64,000 nucleotides of DNA from Enterococcus phage nattely: the sequence record MT119360.1; one strand, given 5' to 3'. Of this stretch, positions 18,188-28,837 are shown piece after piece (within the stretch, counting starts at the first letter, position 1; every line of letters starts with the position of its first letter). Made by a program: the position numbers and the translations under genes. The notes under the pieces are model-generated. The model did no database searches. It was not told where the DNA came from and worked only from the letters and a program-made list of their open reading frames with translations.

Positions 18188-18612
18188 TGGATAAAACATT
18201 TTTAGATAATTATAAAGCGGGATTAGAATTATACAAAAGTAGTAGTAAAAAAATTGAAATTTTTGAAAAATATTTAAATAAAGAAAAAAATAAAGATTTA
18301 AAAAAATTATTGAAAAAAGACTTTTCAGATTATGAAGACTATTCAAAATTATTAGAATTAGGCTCCGCAGCTTATGGCAGAATGATGGTTGCTAGAAAAT
18401 TAAGTGAAGCATATCACCAGCAATCAATTGCGTTAAAAATGATCATTTATCCAATTGACGAAGAAATGGTCCGCCATGGAGATGAAGACTTAAAACGTTT
18501 CCGAGAAACTTTATGCGAATCCATTGTGGTCGAATTACAACTCCATGGAGATATTTCCGATAATCGTTTTGTAGAATTAGTAGAAGATGCGATGCGTGAA
18601 AATTTATTATAA
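18187..18612 (+). CDS. Hypothetical protein
   Basis: ORF with TAATG stop/start overlap. Confidence 0.5.
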   Translation: MDKTFLDNYKAGLELYKSSSKKIEIFEKYLNKEKNKDLKKLLKKDFSDYEDYSKLLELGSAAYGRMMVARKLSEAYHQQSIALKMIIYPIDEEMVRHGDEDLKRFRETLCESIVVELQLHGDISDNRFVELVEDAMRENLL

Positions 18613-18685
18613 AATTGTTTACAAAATATAGTTTAATTGATATAATATAAAAGTAAAAAAGAAAAAAGAAAGTAGGAATTTAATT

Positions 18686-19756
18686 ATGATTGATATTTTT
18701 AATGTAGAGCCTGTAAAAGTGAGTGTTAACCCGGCGGATTATTCAACATTTATCTATGGTGTTCCAAAAATTGGTAAAACAACTTTAGCTTATGATTTAT
18801 ACAAAGAACGTGGATTATTTTTAGCAACTGAAGATCGTCACAAAACTTTAGCTGGTGCAAATGTAATTCGTATTACGTCATGGGTTGATTATCTACAAGT
18901 TATGGGGCAATTAAAACAACCAAAAGCGAAAGAATTATATGATGTTATTATTGTTGATACAGTTGAAAATTTATATAATATGTTAGAAAAATTTGTTGCA
19001 GCAAAATATAAAGAAAGCACTGTTGGTGAACGAAATGATTTATGGGGTAAAGACTGGACAGATTTGAAAAATATGTGGAAATCAGGACTAAATATGATCG
19101 GTGAAGCTGGTTTCGTTCCATGTTTTATCGCACACGCCACTGAACAAATGGTACAAATTCCAGCGTCTGGTGTTTTAAAATCAGATTTGGAAGGTGCACA
19201 AGTCGAATTAAAAACTGTAAAAGGTGAAGACGGTGCTAATTTAGAAGTTTATGAATTCCAAAAATATATGCCAGATTTAAAAGATAAAGTTTTTGCTCCA
19301 ATTAATCGAATGGTTGACAATATTTTATTTGCAAATACAACATTGGATGTTACAACTGGTGAAGAGCAGCGTGTACTTTATTTACGTGATACGTTACAAT
19401 GGATGGCTGGTTCAACATTTAAAAATATTGTACCAATTGTAAAATTAAGTGCAGACAGTTATATGAAAGCAGTTGAAGCAGCTTTAGGAACAGTAGATAA
19501 AAAAGACACTAAAAAATCTGAAGAACGTAAAGTTAAACAAGAATTAGATTTTAATACAATTCGAGCAGAAGTGATGAAATATGGTGCTGCATTTAATGAA
19601 GCTAAAAAATTAGAAGTATTAAACAAAATTAGTGCAGATATTTTCGGTATTGGAAATAAAATTACAGATGCTGATGAAAGTCAAGTTGAATTATTAGCAG
19701 CAGCACTTGAGGAAATCAAGAAAAAAGCAAAACAATTAAATATTACAATTAAATAA
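18686..19756 (+). CDS. AAA_24/Sak4-like RecA-fold ATPase (recombination or replication-associated)
   Basis: Walker A YGVPKIGKTT, Walker B DVIIVDTV. Conserved GAAAGTAGGAATTTA initiation context. Confidence 0.55.
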   Translation: MIDIFNVEPVKVSVNPADYSTFIYGVPKIGKTTLAYDLYKERGLFLATEDRHKTLAGANVIRITSWVDYLQVMGQLKQPKAKELYDVIIVDTVENLYNMLEKFVAAKYKESTVGERNDLWGKDWTDLKNMWKSGLNMIGEAGFVPCFIAHATEQMVQIPASGVLKSDLEGAQVELKTVKGEDGANLEVYEFQKYMPDLKDKVFAPINRMVDNILFANTTLDVTTGEEQRVLYLRDTLQWMAGSTFKNIVPIVKLSADSYMKAVEAALGTVDKKDTKKSEERKVKQELDFNTIRAEVMKYGAAFNEAKKLEVLNKISADIFGIGNKITDADESQVELLAAALEEIKKKAKQLNITIK

Positions 19757-19763
19757 ATTCATA

Positions 19764-19820
19764 AAGAGAGATTAATTTCTCTCTTTTTTTGTTTACAAAT
19801 TAAAAAGAATTTGATATAAT
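19764..19820 (+). terminator. Fused terminator-promoter unit (AAGAGAG-attaattt-CTCTCTT hairpin, T-run, TTTACA 19792-19797, TATAAT 19815-19820)
   Basis: Read directly. 17-nt spacer. Confidence 0.6.
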
Positions 19821-19864
19821 ATAAATATGAAATAATAAAAAAAAAAGAAATAGGAGATGTTATA

Positions 19865-20458
19865 ATGGATTTTACTAAAGAAGAAAAGGATATAATTCTT
19901 AATTTAGTTAGTGCGGAAAAAATTACATTTGATAAAAAGAAAAATGAGCTATTAAGCTCAATTGCTCAAAAAATTATTAAAGAAAATAAGCCTAAAGTAA
20001 ACATTTATTTAGTTGGGTCAGTTAGACAAGCAAAAAGACTAGTTGGTGAAACTATTGATAGAATCAATATGTTAGCTGGTCGCAAAATTACACATAAATC
20101 TTACAAAAGTCTTTTAGTTGAACATGTTCCATCAGATTTTAGTCTGAAATATGGACTTGATTATCAATATTCAGTTATAGAATCATTTATTTCAATGAGC
20201 TCAAATTGTCTCGATGGATTAGCTGCTGATAATGTATATATTTTATATGATACTTTCACAAAATTTGATGATGATAAAGTACAACGGGCTTTGTATTTAA
20301 AAAATGAAATTATGGGAAGAAAAAATAATAAAGGCGAAGCAAAAATTGTCAATGGTATTTTTTTATCACCAGAAGCACAAGATGAGTTAAATAATGCTAT
20401 TAAAAACTCAATGGGTGATAATTTTAAAGGAAATAATGAAGAAAGAGGTTTGTTATAA
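19865..20458 (+). CDS. Hypothetical protein
   Basis: ORF with RBS AGGAGATG. Confidence 0.5.
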   Translation: MDFTKEEKDIILNLVSAEKITFDKKKNELLSSIAQKIIKENKPKVNIYLVGSVRQAKRLVGETIDRINMLAGRKITHKSYKSLLVEHVPSDFSLKYGLDYQYSVIESFISMSSNCLDGLAADNVYILYDTFTKFDDDKVQRALYLKNEIMGRKNNKGEAKIVNGIFLSPEAQDELNNAIKNSMGDNFKGNNEERGLL

Positions 20459-20715
20459 TGTTAGGACCAATTGCAGGTGCATTTTTAACAATTTGTGTAT
20501 ATTTAGGCTTTATTGTATTTTTCTTTTTCGTATCATATTTATTTGCAGCTATGATTGCTTCAATGTTTTTCAAATATGATTATAAAATAAATGTGCATTT
20601 ATATATCTGTTTATCTTTTGTTGCAATTGCAATCTGTTTGACAATGATTGCATATGTTTTAGGAGGAGTCGATTGGTTAATTGACTTACGAAATATTGGA
20701 GTTGAGAATTTATGA
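20458..20715 (+). CDS. Small membrane protein (2-3 TM)
   Basis: Hydrophobic throughout. Confidence 0.45.
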   Translation: MLGPIAGAFLTICVYLGFIVFFFFVSYLFAAMIASMFFKYDYKINVHLYICLSFVAIAICLTMIAYVLGGVDWLIDLRNIGVENL

Positions 20716-20921
20716 AAGATTTTTTAATTAGTTTGTTTTTTGTAATTTTACTTTTAGGATATAAGATTTTTGTTATGTGGATCGTTGCTGCGGTTTTTGC
20801 TTATGGATTCTCATTGGTGTTTGGAGTTTATCTTAATGTTCAAGGACTATTCTTGATCATTTTATCATTATATGTTTTGTCAAATACTTTATTAGGAAAA
20901 GTAAAAAAGTATGTTGATTAA
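20712..20921 (+). CDS. Small membrane protein (2 TM)
   Basis: Hydrophobic. Overlaps the neighbouring genes by 4 nt. Confidence 0.45.
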   Translation: MKDFLISLFFVILLLGYKIFVMWIVAAVFAYGFSLVFGVYLNVQGLFLIILSLYVLSNTLLGKVKKYVD

Positions 20922-21651
20922 TGATTATAATTTAAAAAAGTTTAAAGAGAATTTTAATAACAAAAAGCGCACCGATGCTACACCACAAGAAAAATTCAAA
21001 ACCATTAAGAAAGAATTGATTGAATGGTGTCAGTTCGATTCCAATGAGAATTTAAGAGTTTTCAGAGATTTAAGTTTCTATATCGAGGGCTATTCTTTAG
21101 TAATGGAATTCAGAGAAACTACAAACACACAAATGAAAATTCGATTCACATGGAATTTGTCTGAAATTACGCCGTTAGAAGTACAAAACTATGTCACCCA
21201 TTTTTGTAAAGAAATTCTCAATGTGAAAGAGCCACGATTGACAATTACAGAACAATTCATGTATGAAAATTTAGGACTTTATTATCCTGAAGATGAAAAT
21301 TTAGTTATCTCACTCCACTTAATTTATCAACTAAAAAGGGAAACAGTTTTAGCTATTTTACGCCATGAATTAATTCACCATTATTGTTCAGTCAATGGAT
21401 TAGGAGCTAGAGACGTAGACAATGACTTTATTTCATTAATTATCAAATATGATGCATACGTCTCAATGGCTCCTAATGCGCAATATGCATATAAGAAATT
21501 CGTGGCGAATCTCGTAAAAAATGGCTCTGGTTTTGCCTCAGAGGAATTCTCTGAAGACCGTATGGAAGTTTTGTATAAAAAATGGTTGTTAAAAACCAGG
21601 ATTGATGAGGACACATATGGCACAACACCACATTTATACAGCTTATTTTAA
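20911..21651 (+). CDS. SprT-like zinc metalloprotease domain protein
   Basis: HELIHHYC (HExxH) in an SprT-like context. Confidence 0.4.
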   Translation: MLINDYNLKKFKENFNNKKRTDATPQEKFKTIKKELIEWCQFDSNENLRVFRDLSFYIEGYSLVMEFRETTNTQMKIRFTWNLSEITPLEVQNYVTHFCKEILNVKEPRLTITEQFMYENLGLYYPEDENLVISLHLIYQLKRETVLAILRHELIHHYCSVNGLGARDVDNDFISLIIKYDAYVSMAPNAQYAYKKFVANLVKNGSGFASEEFSEDRMEVLYKKWLLKTRIDEDTYGTTPHLYSLF

Positions 21652-21690
21652 TGTTTAAAATATGAATTTTATTTAATAGGAGGACACAAT

Positions 21691-21918
21691 ATGTTAGAAA
21701 AAGCAAGAGAATTATTAAAATCTCTAAATGGATATATATATTATCCAGCTTTCGAAGAGCTAAAAGATTTAGCTGATAAAGATAATAGAAAAACTTTTAC
21801 ACTTACCTGGACATTAGCTTATGATAACCCAGGTTGTGAAGTTTACACTATATCTTTAGCTTATATCGGTGAAGATGGTAAAATAGAATTAGAAACGGCA
21901 GTTAGTTATTCAGTATAG
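21691..21918 (+). CDS. Hypothetical protein
   Basis: ORF with RBS AGGAGGA. Confidence 0.5.
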   Translation: MLEKARELLKSLNGYIYYPAFEELKDLADKDNRKTFTLTWTLAYDNPGCEVYTISLAYIGEDGKIELETAVSYSV

Positions 21919-21930
21919 GAGGGAATATAA

Positions 21931-22173
21931 ATGGAACATGAAAAATTTTTAAAATTAGCAGCAGAAAAAGTTGCAGAAATGATTGGTTGTAGTAAATATG
22001 AAGTGTTTTGCGTTTGGTCTTGTAAAACTCTAAAAAATAGTAAAGCTATTATGTCAGCAAAACCAAAAGCTTCTCCACTTTTTGAAATTACAATGGATGG
22101 AACAAATGGAATCATTTATTTTGATTCTTACCGAAAAACTTCCCAACGAAAAATCTTCTTCAAACCAAAATAG
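21931..22173 (+). CDS. Hypothetical protein
   Basis: ORF with RBS AGGAGGGAA. Confidence 0.5.
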   Translation: MEHEKFLKLAAEKVAEMIGCSKYEVFCVWSCKTLKNSKAIMSAKPKASPLFEITMDGTNGIIYFDSYRKTSQRKIFFKPK

Positions 22174-22185
22174 GAGATAATTAAT

Positions 22186-22413
22186 ATGAAATATAATGGA
22201 AAAGAACAATTTTACAGCAATAATATTTTTATATTATTAGTTGTTTTACTATTCATTTTCTTAGGTGTTAACATTTATTTCGGCACCTTAATGATGCATT
22301 ATCGTGATGAATATATGAATCAAAAGAATTATAACGATATGAGAGAAAGAGTTTGGAATGAAAAGAATCATAAAGAAAATGATATTGAAAATGTTCCAAA
22401 AAGTGTAGCTTAA
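22186..22413 (+). CDS. Small membrane protein (1 TM)
   Basis: ORF with RBS AGGAGA. TM segment IFILLVVLLFIFLGVNIYFG. Confidence 0.45.
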   Translation: MKYNGKEQFYSNNIFILLVVLLFIFLGVNIYFGTLMMHYRDEYMNQKNYNDMRERVWNEKNHKENDIENVPKSVA

Positions 22414-22506
22414 AATAAATGGGTATTTTGTAAAAAAACTGTTTACAAATGCCCATTTTTGGTATATAATAAATATATAAATAAATAAAAGAAAGTAGGA
22501 ATTACA

Positions 22507-22719
22507 ATGAAAAAATTTGAAGATAATCCATTTAACTTTATCGAAGATGGAATTTTTATTGAGCCAATTAAAAATCCATTTTCATGTGAAGCAGCATATG
22601 AAGAAGCTTGTTCTCACGTATTAGGTATTATTAAAGTAAATGAAGAAGTTGGTAATGATGTAACAGTTGAAAAACAAATGATGTCATGGTTAGACAAATT
22701 ATCATATGAATATATTTAA
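22507..22719 (+). CDS. Hypothetical protein
   Basis: Preceded by a class-B promoter/leader (22437-22500). Confidence 0.5.
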   Translation: MKKFEDNPFNFIEDGIFIEPIKNPFSCEAAYEEACSHVLGIIKVNEEVGNDVTVEKQMMSWLDKLSYEYI

Positions 22720-22733
22720 AGGAGGAAATTATA

Positions 22734-23108
22734 ATGGAATTTTTTGGTGGAGAAGAAGTAACACAAGAACAACTTGAAGTATTTTTTAATAAACACAATA
22801 TTGGAGAACCGGGTGACAAGGCAATTTACTGGAGAGCAAAAGGGCAAATTAAAGATTTTGATGAGCGAATTGCAGAATATTTACTTCAAATTAATTTTTT
22901 AGAAAAAGAATATAGTGAAATGAAAAAACGAAAAATTGAACAAGAAAATGATGATAAAATTTCTAAAATGGATTGTGAAGAAGAATGTAAACGTTTAAAT
23001 AAACTAATTTATGCTTATAAAAAATTAGTTTATGTTACTTCTATGCTTAAAGATACTTATAAAAAAGATTTAGACATTAGTTTACATTTAGACGATATAT
23101 TGATATAA
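22734..23108 (+). CDS. Hypothetical protein
   Basis: ORF with RBS AGGAGGAAA. Confidence 0.5.
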   Translation: MEFFGGEEVTQEQLEVFFNKHNIGEPGDKAIYWRAKGQIKDFDERIAEYLLQINFLEKEYSEMKKRKIEQENDDKISKMDCEEECKRLNKLIYAYKKLVYVTSMLKDTYKKDLDISLHLDDILI

Positions 23109-23141
23109 TATAATTATAAAATTTTATAAGGAGTTGAGTAA

Positions 23142-23645
23142 ATGGCAAGATTGGTCAAATGTTATGGTGAAGCATGTGAAAGCATTGGAAAAAAATGGGA
23201 AAAAGACATGTTAGTAAAATATAAAAATAAAAATTATTGTCCACAATGTGCAGAAATTGAAAAGAAAAATGATGATGACCGTCAGTTATTATATAATTTA
23301 ATTTCTGAGTTGTATAAAATTCCATTTCCAAATGGGTTAATGCTTCGTCAAATTAAACAATTTAAAGAACAACGAAAATATTCATATGAAAATATTCGTA
23401 AAGCATTATTATATGCAAATTATGTTCAACATGTAAATTTTAGTCCAAAATATGGGTTGGGAATAGTTCCATATGTAATTGACGAAGCAATTCGTTATCA
23501 TGATGATCAAGTGAAAAAAGCCAAAGAAATGGAAGGCAAACAAGTGGTCACAACGAAGACAACGGTTCGTAAAAATTTTAACTCTTATGATAGAGATGAA
23601 AAAATGAAAAAGAAAATGATTGATTTGGAGGATATTGAATTATGA
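23142..23645 (+). CDS. Zinc-ribbon protein directly upstream of the replicative helicase (possible helicase loader/initiator)
   Basis: CYGEAC...CPQC. The loader role is inferred from position only. Confidence 0.35.
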   Translation: MARLVKCYGEACESIGKKWEKDMLVKYKNKNYCPQCAEIEKKNDDDRQLLYNLISELYKIPFPNGLMLRQIKQFKEQRKYSYENIRKALLYANYVQHVNFSPKYGLGIVPYVIDEAIRYHDDQVKKAKEMEGKQVVTTKTTVRKNFNSYDRDEKMKKKMIDLEDIEL

Positions 23646-25222
23646 GCACCATGGAGTTAACATTAAATCCGACAAGAGCGATTTATAATTTTTTTGGCTC
23701 TGTAATGAAATCACCGGAAATTTTGAAAGCACCTGAAATTATTTTAGGTGACCGTGATTTTGTTCAATCATTTCATAAAATTGTTTATGCAGCATTGAAT
23801 AACATTATTTTTAGTAATAGAGATAATATTAGTGATATTAGTCCAATTGATGTGGATAATTATCTTGCTAAGTATCCAAACTATTATCGAGTTTGGGAAG
23901 AAAATAATGGTGTTGAATATTTAAATAATGCAAAACAAGTTTCAAACACTCAAATTGCGACAAAAGACTATGAAACAATTAAAAAATTTAGTTTATTAAG
24001 AAACTATGTTGAAAATGGTATTGATGTTTCAGATATTTATGAATATGATAGCAATGATTTAGGAGCATTAACAGAGAGTAATAAAGTATTAGAAAATACA
24101 AGTATCAACGAAATTATTGAACATTTCACACAAAAAGCAATTGAGATTCGAAATGAGTGGAATGTTGATGATGGGAAAGTTAAAGATTTTAAAGCTGGTG
24201 ATGACTTAGATGGACTTTTGGATCGTTTAGTTGAGAACCCAGATTTAGGTTTTCCATTTCAGAACTTAATGTATAATACACTTTTTCGTGGAATGCGCAA
24301 AGAGAAATTTATGTTGAGATCGGGTGCAACGGGTACTGGTAAAACTAGACAAGCAATAAGAGATATGGTATCAATTGCTTGTGATAAAATTTGGGTCACA
24401 GGATTAGGTTGGAAAAGTTTGGGTCCTTCATTTCCAGCATTGTTTATATCAACCGAAATTGAACAAGAAGAATTACAAACAATTATGTTAGCATATTTAA
24501 CTGGAATTCCAGACTCTGATATTAAAAATGGTAACTATGATACGGCAACACGTAAGAGATTAGAAGAGGCAATTGAGATTTTGAAGAAAGCGCCTTTATT
24601 CATGACTTACATTGAGGACTTCTCAATCAGTGATATTGAAATGAAAATTGAAGAGTATATTGTCAAAGAAAACGTACAATATGTTGCATTTGACTATGTT
24701 CAAATGACGCCAAAATTGAGTAAAACAATGAATGATAATTTTGGAACAACTTTGCGTGAAGATCAAATTTTAGTTCATTTTTCGTCAGCATTAAAAGGTA
24801 TTGCTGGTCGTTATGGAATTTTTCTTGAAAGTAGTACACAATTAAATAGAGGTAGTAAAGAAATCGAAAATCGTGATGCATCTTCACTTCGTGGAGGTTT
24901 AGCGACAGCTGATAAGGTCGATTATGGTATTTTAACATTTAAAGTTTCTCAGAAAGAAAAAGATGGATTAAAACATATTTTGCAGCAAGGTTTTGGTGGA
25001 GATATTCAAAAAACACCGGATTTTTCACATTGGGTTTATAAAAATCGTGCTGGTTTAGACCATGTTGTAATTTGGACAAAAATGAATTTGGGAACAATGC
25101 GTGAAGAAGTATTATTTGTAACTGATTATGATTTTAATTTAATTGAGATAAATGGAACTGAAATTGAATTTGAAAGTGTTGATACAATGCCAGAAGAAAT
25201 TGAAAATGTTCCAGTATTTTAG
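23642..25222 (+). CDS. dnaB: DnaB-like replicative DNA helicase
   Basis: About 520 aa, C-terminal RecA-fold with Walker A GATGTGKT and FDYVQM, N-terminal helical domain. 4-nt overlap with the upstream gene. Confidence 0.7.
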   Translation: MSTMELTLNPTRAIYNFFGSVMKSPEILKAPEIILGDRDFVQSFHKIVYAALNNIIFSNRDNISDISPIDVDNYLAKYPNYYRVWEENNGVEYLNNAKQVSNTQIATKDYETIKKFSLLRNYVENGIDVSDIYEYDSNDLGALTESNKVLENTSINEIIEHFTQKAIEIRNEWNVDDGKVKDFKAGDDLDGLLDRLVENPDLGFPFQNLMYNTLFRGMRKEKFMLRSGATGTGKTRQAIRDMVSIACDKIWVTGLGWKSLGPSFPALFISTEIEQEELQTIMLAYLTGIPDSDIKNGNYDTATRKRLEEAIEILKKAPLFMTYIEDFSISDIEMKIEEYIVKENVQYVAFDYVQMTPKLSKTMNDNFGTTLREDQILVHFSSALKGIAGRYGIFLESSTQLNRGSKEIENRDASSLRGGLATADKVDYGILTFKVSQKEKDGLKHILQQGFGGDIQKTPDFSHWVYKNRAGLDHVVIWTKMNLGTMREEVLFVTDYDFNLIEINGTEIEFESVDTMPEEIENVPVF

Positions 25223-25233
25223 AGGTGAAATAA

Positions 25234-26283
25234 GTGGACGCTAAAAAAGTTGTAGAAATGTTAAATGATCGAGACATATTTGATCTTCTTGAGGAATTGG
25301 GTGGACAACCAATCGAAAGAGGAAATACAATTGATGCGTTGACAATTTGCCATGGTGGACATAAACATAAATTGACTTATTATAAAGAAAGTAAATCATT
25401 TCAATGTTGGACAAATTGCGGCCATATGTCAATTTTTGATATGGTCGCAAAAGTTATTGATGGTGAATTTATAGATGCTTTAAGATTTATAGTAAAAAAA
25501 TATAATTTACATGATAATGATTATCAAATTGGTTTTACATTTGAAAAAGTAGAAGATCCTGGTAAAAAATTATTAGAAAAAATGAAAGGAGTAGAAATGC
25601 CAACTTTCATGAAATTAAATTCTGATATTTTAAAAGATTTTTATCCATTTTATCACCAACTTTGGATAAATGATGGAATTTCTATAGAATCAATGAAAAA
25701 ATATAAAATTAAATATTCCATTGAGAATAATCAAATAATCATTCCACACTTTGATAAAAATGGAAATTTAATTGGAGTTCGAGCACGTAATTTGAATAAA
25801 AAAGAAATTGATGAAGGTAAAAAATATATGCCGATATTCCACGACGGAAAAGTTCTAAAACATATGACTGGAGCTAATTTGTATGGTCTTTATGAAAACA
25901 GAGAAAATATTGAAAAAGATAAAAAATTAATATTATTCGAATCAGAAAAAAGCGTTTTGCAATTAAATAGTATGTTGCCTGAGCATTCAATAGGTGTGTG
26001 TGTTTCTGGATCGTCATTAACACAATATCAACTTGAATTAATTAAGGAACTTAATATAGATGAAGTAATTATTGGTGTTGATAAAGAATTCAGTGAAGTT
26101 GGAACTGAAAAAGAGAAATTGTATGCTGAAAAAATATTAAGAGTTTTTAAGAGAAAATTAGCACCATATGTAAGAGTGTCAGTTTTATGGGATTTGGAAA
26201 ACGACATTGAGGAAAAAGATAGTCCAACGGATAAAGGAAAAGAAATATTTTTAAAATTATTTAAAAATAGAATATATATTTAG
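25234..26283 (+). CDS. dnaG: DnaG-like DNA primase (zinc-binding domain plus TOPRIM)
   Basis: CHGGHKHKLTYYKESKSFQCWTNCG zinc ribbon. TOPRIM residues ILFESEKS and IIGVDKEF. GTG start after RBS AGAGGTGA. Confidence 0.65.
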   Translation: MDAKKVVEMLNDRDIFDLLEELGGQPIERGNTIDALTICHGGHKHKLTYYKESKSFQCWTNCGHMSIFDMVAKVIDGEFIDALRFIVKKYNLHDNDYQIGFTFEKVEDPGKKLLEKMKGVEMPTFMKLNSDILKDFYPFYHQLWINDGISIESMKKYKIKYSIENNQIIIPHFDKNGNLIGVRARNLNKKEIDEGKKYMPIFHDGKVLKHMTGANLYGLYENRENIEKDKKLILFESEKSVLQLNSMLPEHSIGVCVSGSSLTQYQLELIKELNIDEVIIGVDKEFSEVGTEKEKLYAEKILRVFKRKLAPYVRVSVLWDLENDIEEKDSPTDKGKEIFLKLFKNRIYI

Positions 26284-26293
26284 GAGAGATTTG

Positions 26294-28120
26294 ATGGAAT
26301 TCACAGAGAAAAATTTGTTTAACCCAGGAAAAAATTCGTTTGTTAAGGATGTATTAGAACAAAATGGAGTTAATCCAGAAATGTTTTTAAATGGAAAAAA
26401 TTATGAAGATGAAATCGTAAGTCGTCCAAATTTGTATTTTAACATGTTTAAAGCTGTAAATTTAGTTAATAAACATGTGGCAACTAATTCTTCAATTGGA
26501 ATTTTAGTTGATGATGATGCTGATGGAATGACTTCAGCTTCTGCCATGGCGCGCGTGTTATTTAAGATGGGTCACCATGGAGCTAAATTCATTTTACACG
26601 ATGAGAAAGGACATGGACTCCATGGAGAAGTTGAAAAAATCATTGAACAGAAAATTGATTTTTTAATTGTGCCAGACGCGGGCTCAAATGATTTTGAAGA
26701 TCAAAAATCTGTGTTAGAAGCTGGGATCGACTTATTAATTCTTGATCACCATGATATGGATAATGAAAGACCAATTTTAGAATTGGAAGCATTATATGAT
26801 GGTTATGTATTAGTAAATAATCAATTATCTTATAATATCAAAGGTGTTAATAAAAATTTAGTTGGTGCAGGAATGGTGTATAAATTTGCACAAGCCGCTG
26901 ATGAAGAATTTGAAACAGATAAATTTTCGAAAGATATTGTTGATTTAGTTGCGGTTGGACAAATTGGAGATTCTAGTGACGTGTCCGATCTTGAAGTTCA
27001 ATTAATTGTGCGAGAAGGATTGGATAATTTAAAAAATCCACTATTAGTTGAAGCTTTAAAAAATCGTATTGTAAAAGGTCAAAAAATTGCTCCAATTAAT
27101 ATGTCGTTTGACATTATTCCATATATTAATGCAGTTACGCGTGTTGGTAAAAAAGAAGAGAAAATTGAATTAATAAAAGGATTAATTGGTTTTTGGCCAG
27201 CGGATGAAACTGTAATTATTCAAAAGAGAAGAAAAAATAAATTAACGAAAAAATTCGAAATTCGTGAAGAACCATGGACTCACTATGGAATCTTAATGGA
27301 TAATTTAACAAAAATAAAAGCTCGTCAAAACAAAGAAATTGACAAAGTTCTCAAAAAAATTGAGGATCCTTATAATGAAAACATTGTAATAGCGGCCCTC
27401 AATGAAGATGAGATTGAATATCGGTCCATTACCGGTCTCATTGCTAACAAATTGGTTTCTCAATATAATAAACCGGCTCTTGTATTAATTTCTGAAAATA
27501 ATGGAACGAAATTTAGTGGTTCAGCTCGTGGACATGAAAAAACTGTTTCTTCATTTAGGCAATGGTGTTTAAACACAGAATTATTTGAATTAGCACAAGG
27601 TCACGACAATGCATTTGGTGTTATTATTGATGATTTAAAATTAGAAAAATTAATGGAGAATAGTGCTTTAGAAACTGTAGTAAATGAAGTGACATACGAA
27701 GTTAATAAAATCTATGAAAATGAAACAAACATTGAGGAAATTAAAATGATCAATGATAACGCATGGATTTTTGGTGGCTCCATGGCGGCACCCAAATTCG
27801 GATATAAAAACTTAGTGATTGGACGTAATTGTGTATCACAAAGAGGTTCTGTTGTAACATTCTTCGACCATGGTCTAGAATTTATTATGTATAAACAACC
27901 AGCTGGTTTAGTTGATTCATTTTTAGAAAAAATGGGATTTGAACAAAAATTAGTTGTGAACCTTGTCGGACACGCAAGTAGAAATGAATGGAATGGTAGA
28001 GTAAAAGAACAAGTTGTTTTAGATGATTTTGAAATGATGACATTAGCAGAAAGTGGAATTGAAGATAAGGCACCAACTTTCGATCCTAACTTTGATGACG
28101 ATGGAAATTTAGTTTTTTAA
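26294..28120 (+). CDS. recJ: RecJ-like DHH-family ssDNA exonuclease
   Basis: DHH motifs ILVDDDADGMTS and LILDHHD, plus a DHHA1-like C-terminal region. Confidence 0.55.
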   Translation: MEFTEKNLFNPGKNSFVKDVLEQNGVNPEMFLNGKNYEDEIVSRPNLYFNMFKAVNLVNKHVATNSSIGILVDDDADGMTSASAMARVLFKMGHHGAKFILHDEKGHGLHGEVEKIIEQKIDFLIVPDAGSNDFEDQKSVLEAGIDLLILDHHDMDNERPILELEALYDGYVLVNNQLSYNIKGVNKNLVGAGMVYKFAQAADEEFETDKFSKDIVDLVAVGQIGDSSDVSDLEVQLIVREGLDNLKNPLLVEALKNRIVKGQKIAPINMSFDIIPYINAVTRVGKKEEKIELIKGLIGFWPADETVIIQKRRKNKLTKKFEIREEPWTHYGILMDNLTKIKARQNKEIDKVLKKIEDPYNENIVIAALNEDEIEYRSITGLIANKLVSQYNKPALVLISENNGTKFSGSARGHEKTVSSFRQWCLNTELFELAQGHDNAFGVIIDDLKLEKLMENSALETVVNEVTYEVNKIYENETNIEEIKMINDNAWIFGGSMAAPKFGYKNLVIGRNCVSQRGSVVTFFDHGLEFIMYKQPAGLVDSFLEKMGFEQKLVVNLVGHASRNEWNGRVKEQVVLDDFEMMTLAESGIEDKAPTFDPNFDDDGNLVF

Positions 28121-28128
28121 TAAAAATG

Positions 28129-28168
28129 TGGAGAATGTTGTTTACATTCTCCTTTTTTATGATATAAT
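28129..28168 (+). terminator. Fused terminator-promoter unit (GGAGAATG-ttgttta-CATTCTCC, T-run, TATAAT 28163-28168)
   Basis: TTTACA at 28141-28146 lies in the loop/3' arm. Confidence 0.6.
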
Positions 28169-28215
28169 ATAAATATAAATAAAAAAAAAAAGAAAAAAGA
28201 AAGTAGGAATTTATT

Positions 28216-28824
28216 ATGGCAAAAGTAAAATATTCAAAATATGATGTATATTCATTCTTAGATGACAAACAGGTTGAAATCACTGATAAAAAATTGAAAC
28301 CAATTCAAGATGATATTAAAAAATTAAAAGAAAATTATTTAGTAGAAAAATTTCCAAAAGAACAAATTGAAAAAATTAAAGTAGCACTAATTAATTATGT
28401 AGAAGCAACGCGTGACGTTCAATTTGATTATTCAACATATGCATCAAAAGTATATGATTCGTCTTCAGTTCTTGTAAATTTATTCAATACAGCTAAAGGC
28501 AGCAACCGCGCATTAGAAGATCAAATTATGCTTGATATTACAAGCACAGTTGATTGGTCCGATTGTCCAGATTTAGAACAATTAAAAAGTGTTGAGCGAA
28601 CGACTCGGAGCGAAATTCGTGAAGAATTTCAAAAATTAGAAGCGATGGTAAAAAGATGTAAAGATGGAGCACAAGCAGTTTTACAATTACAAAAATTAGG
28701 ATTCGATACTTCATCAATTAAATCAACATCGGGCGACACGTCAGTATTGGTATTAAATTTAAATAATGATTTACTAGGTTTGCCTGAAGAAAATTCTGAA
28801 GTCGTAGAAAATTCTCAATTTTAA
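28216..28824 (+). CDS. Hypothetical protein (likely abundant)
   Basis: Strong promoter and GAAAGTAGGAATTTA context. Confidence 0.5.
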   Translation: MAKVKYSKYDVYSFLDDKQVEITDKKLKPIQDDIKKLKENYLVEKFPKEQIEKIKVALINYVEATRDVQFDYSTYASKVYDSSSVLVNLFNTAKGSNRALEDQIMLDITSTVDWSDCPDLEQLKSVERTTRSEIREEFQKLEAMVKRCKDGAQAVLQLQKLGFDTSSIKSTSGDTSVLVLNLNNDLLGLPEENSEVVENSQF

Positions 28825-28837
28825 TGGAGGTTCTACA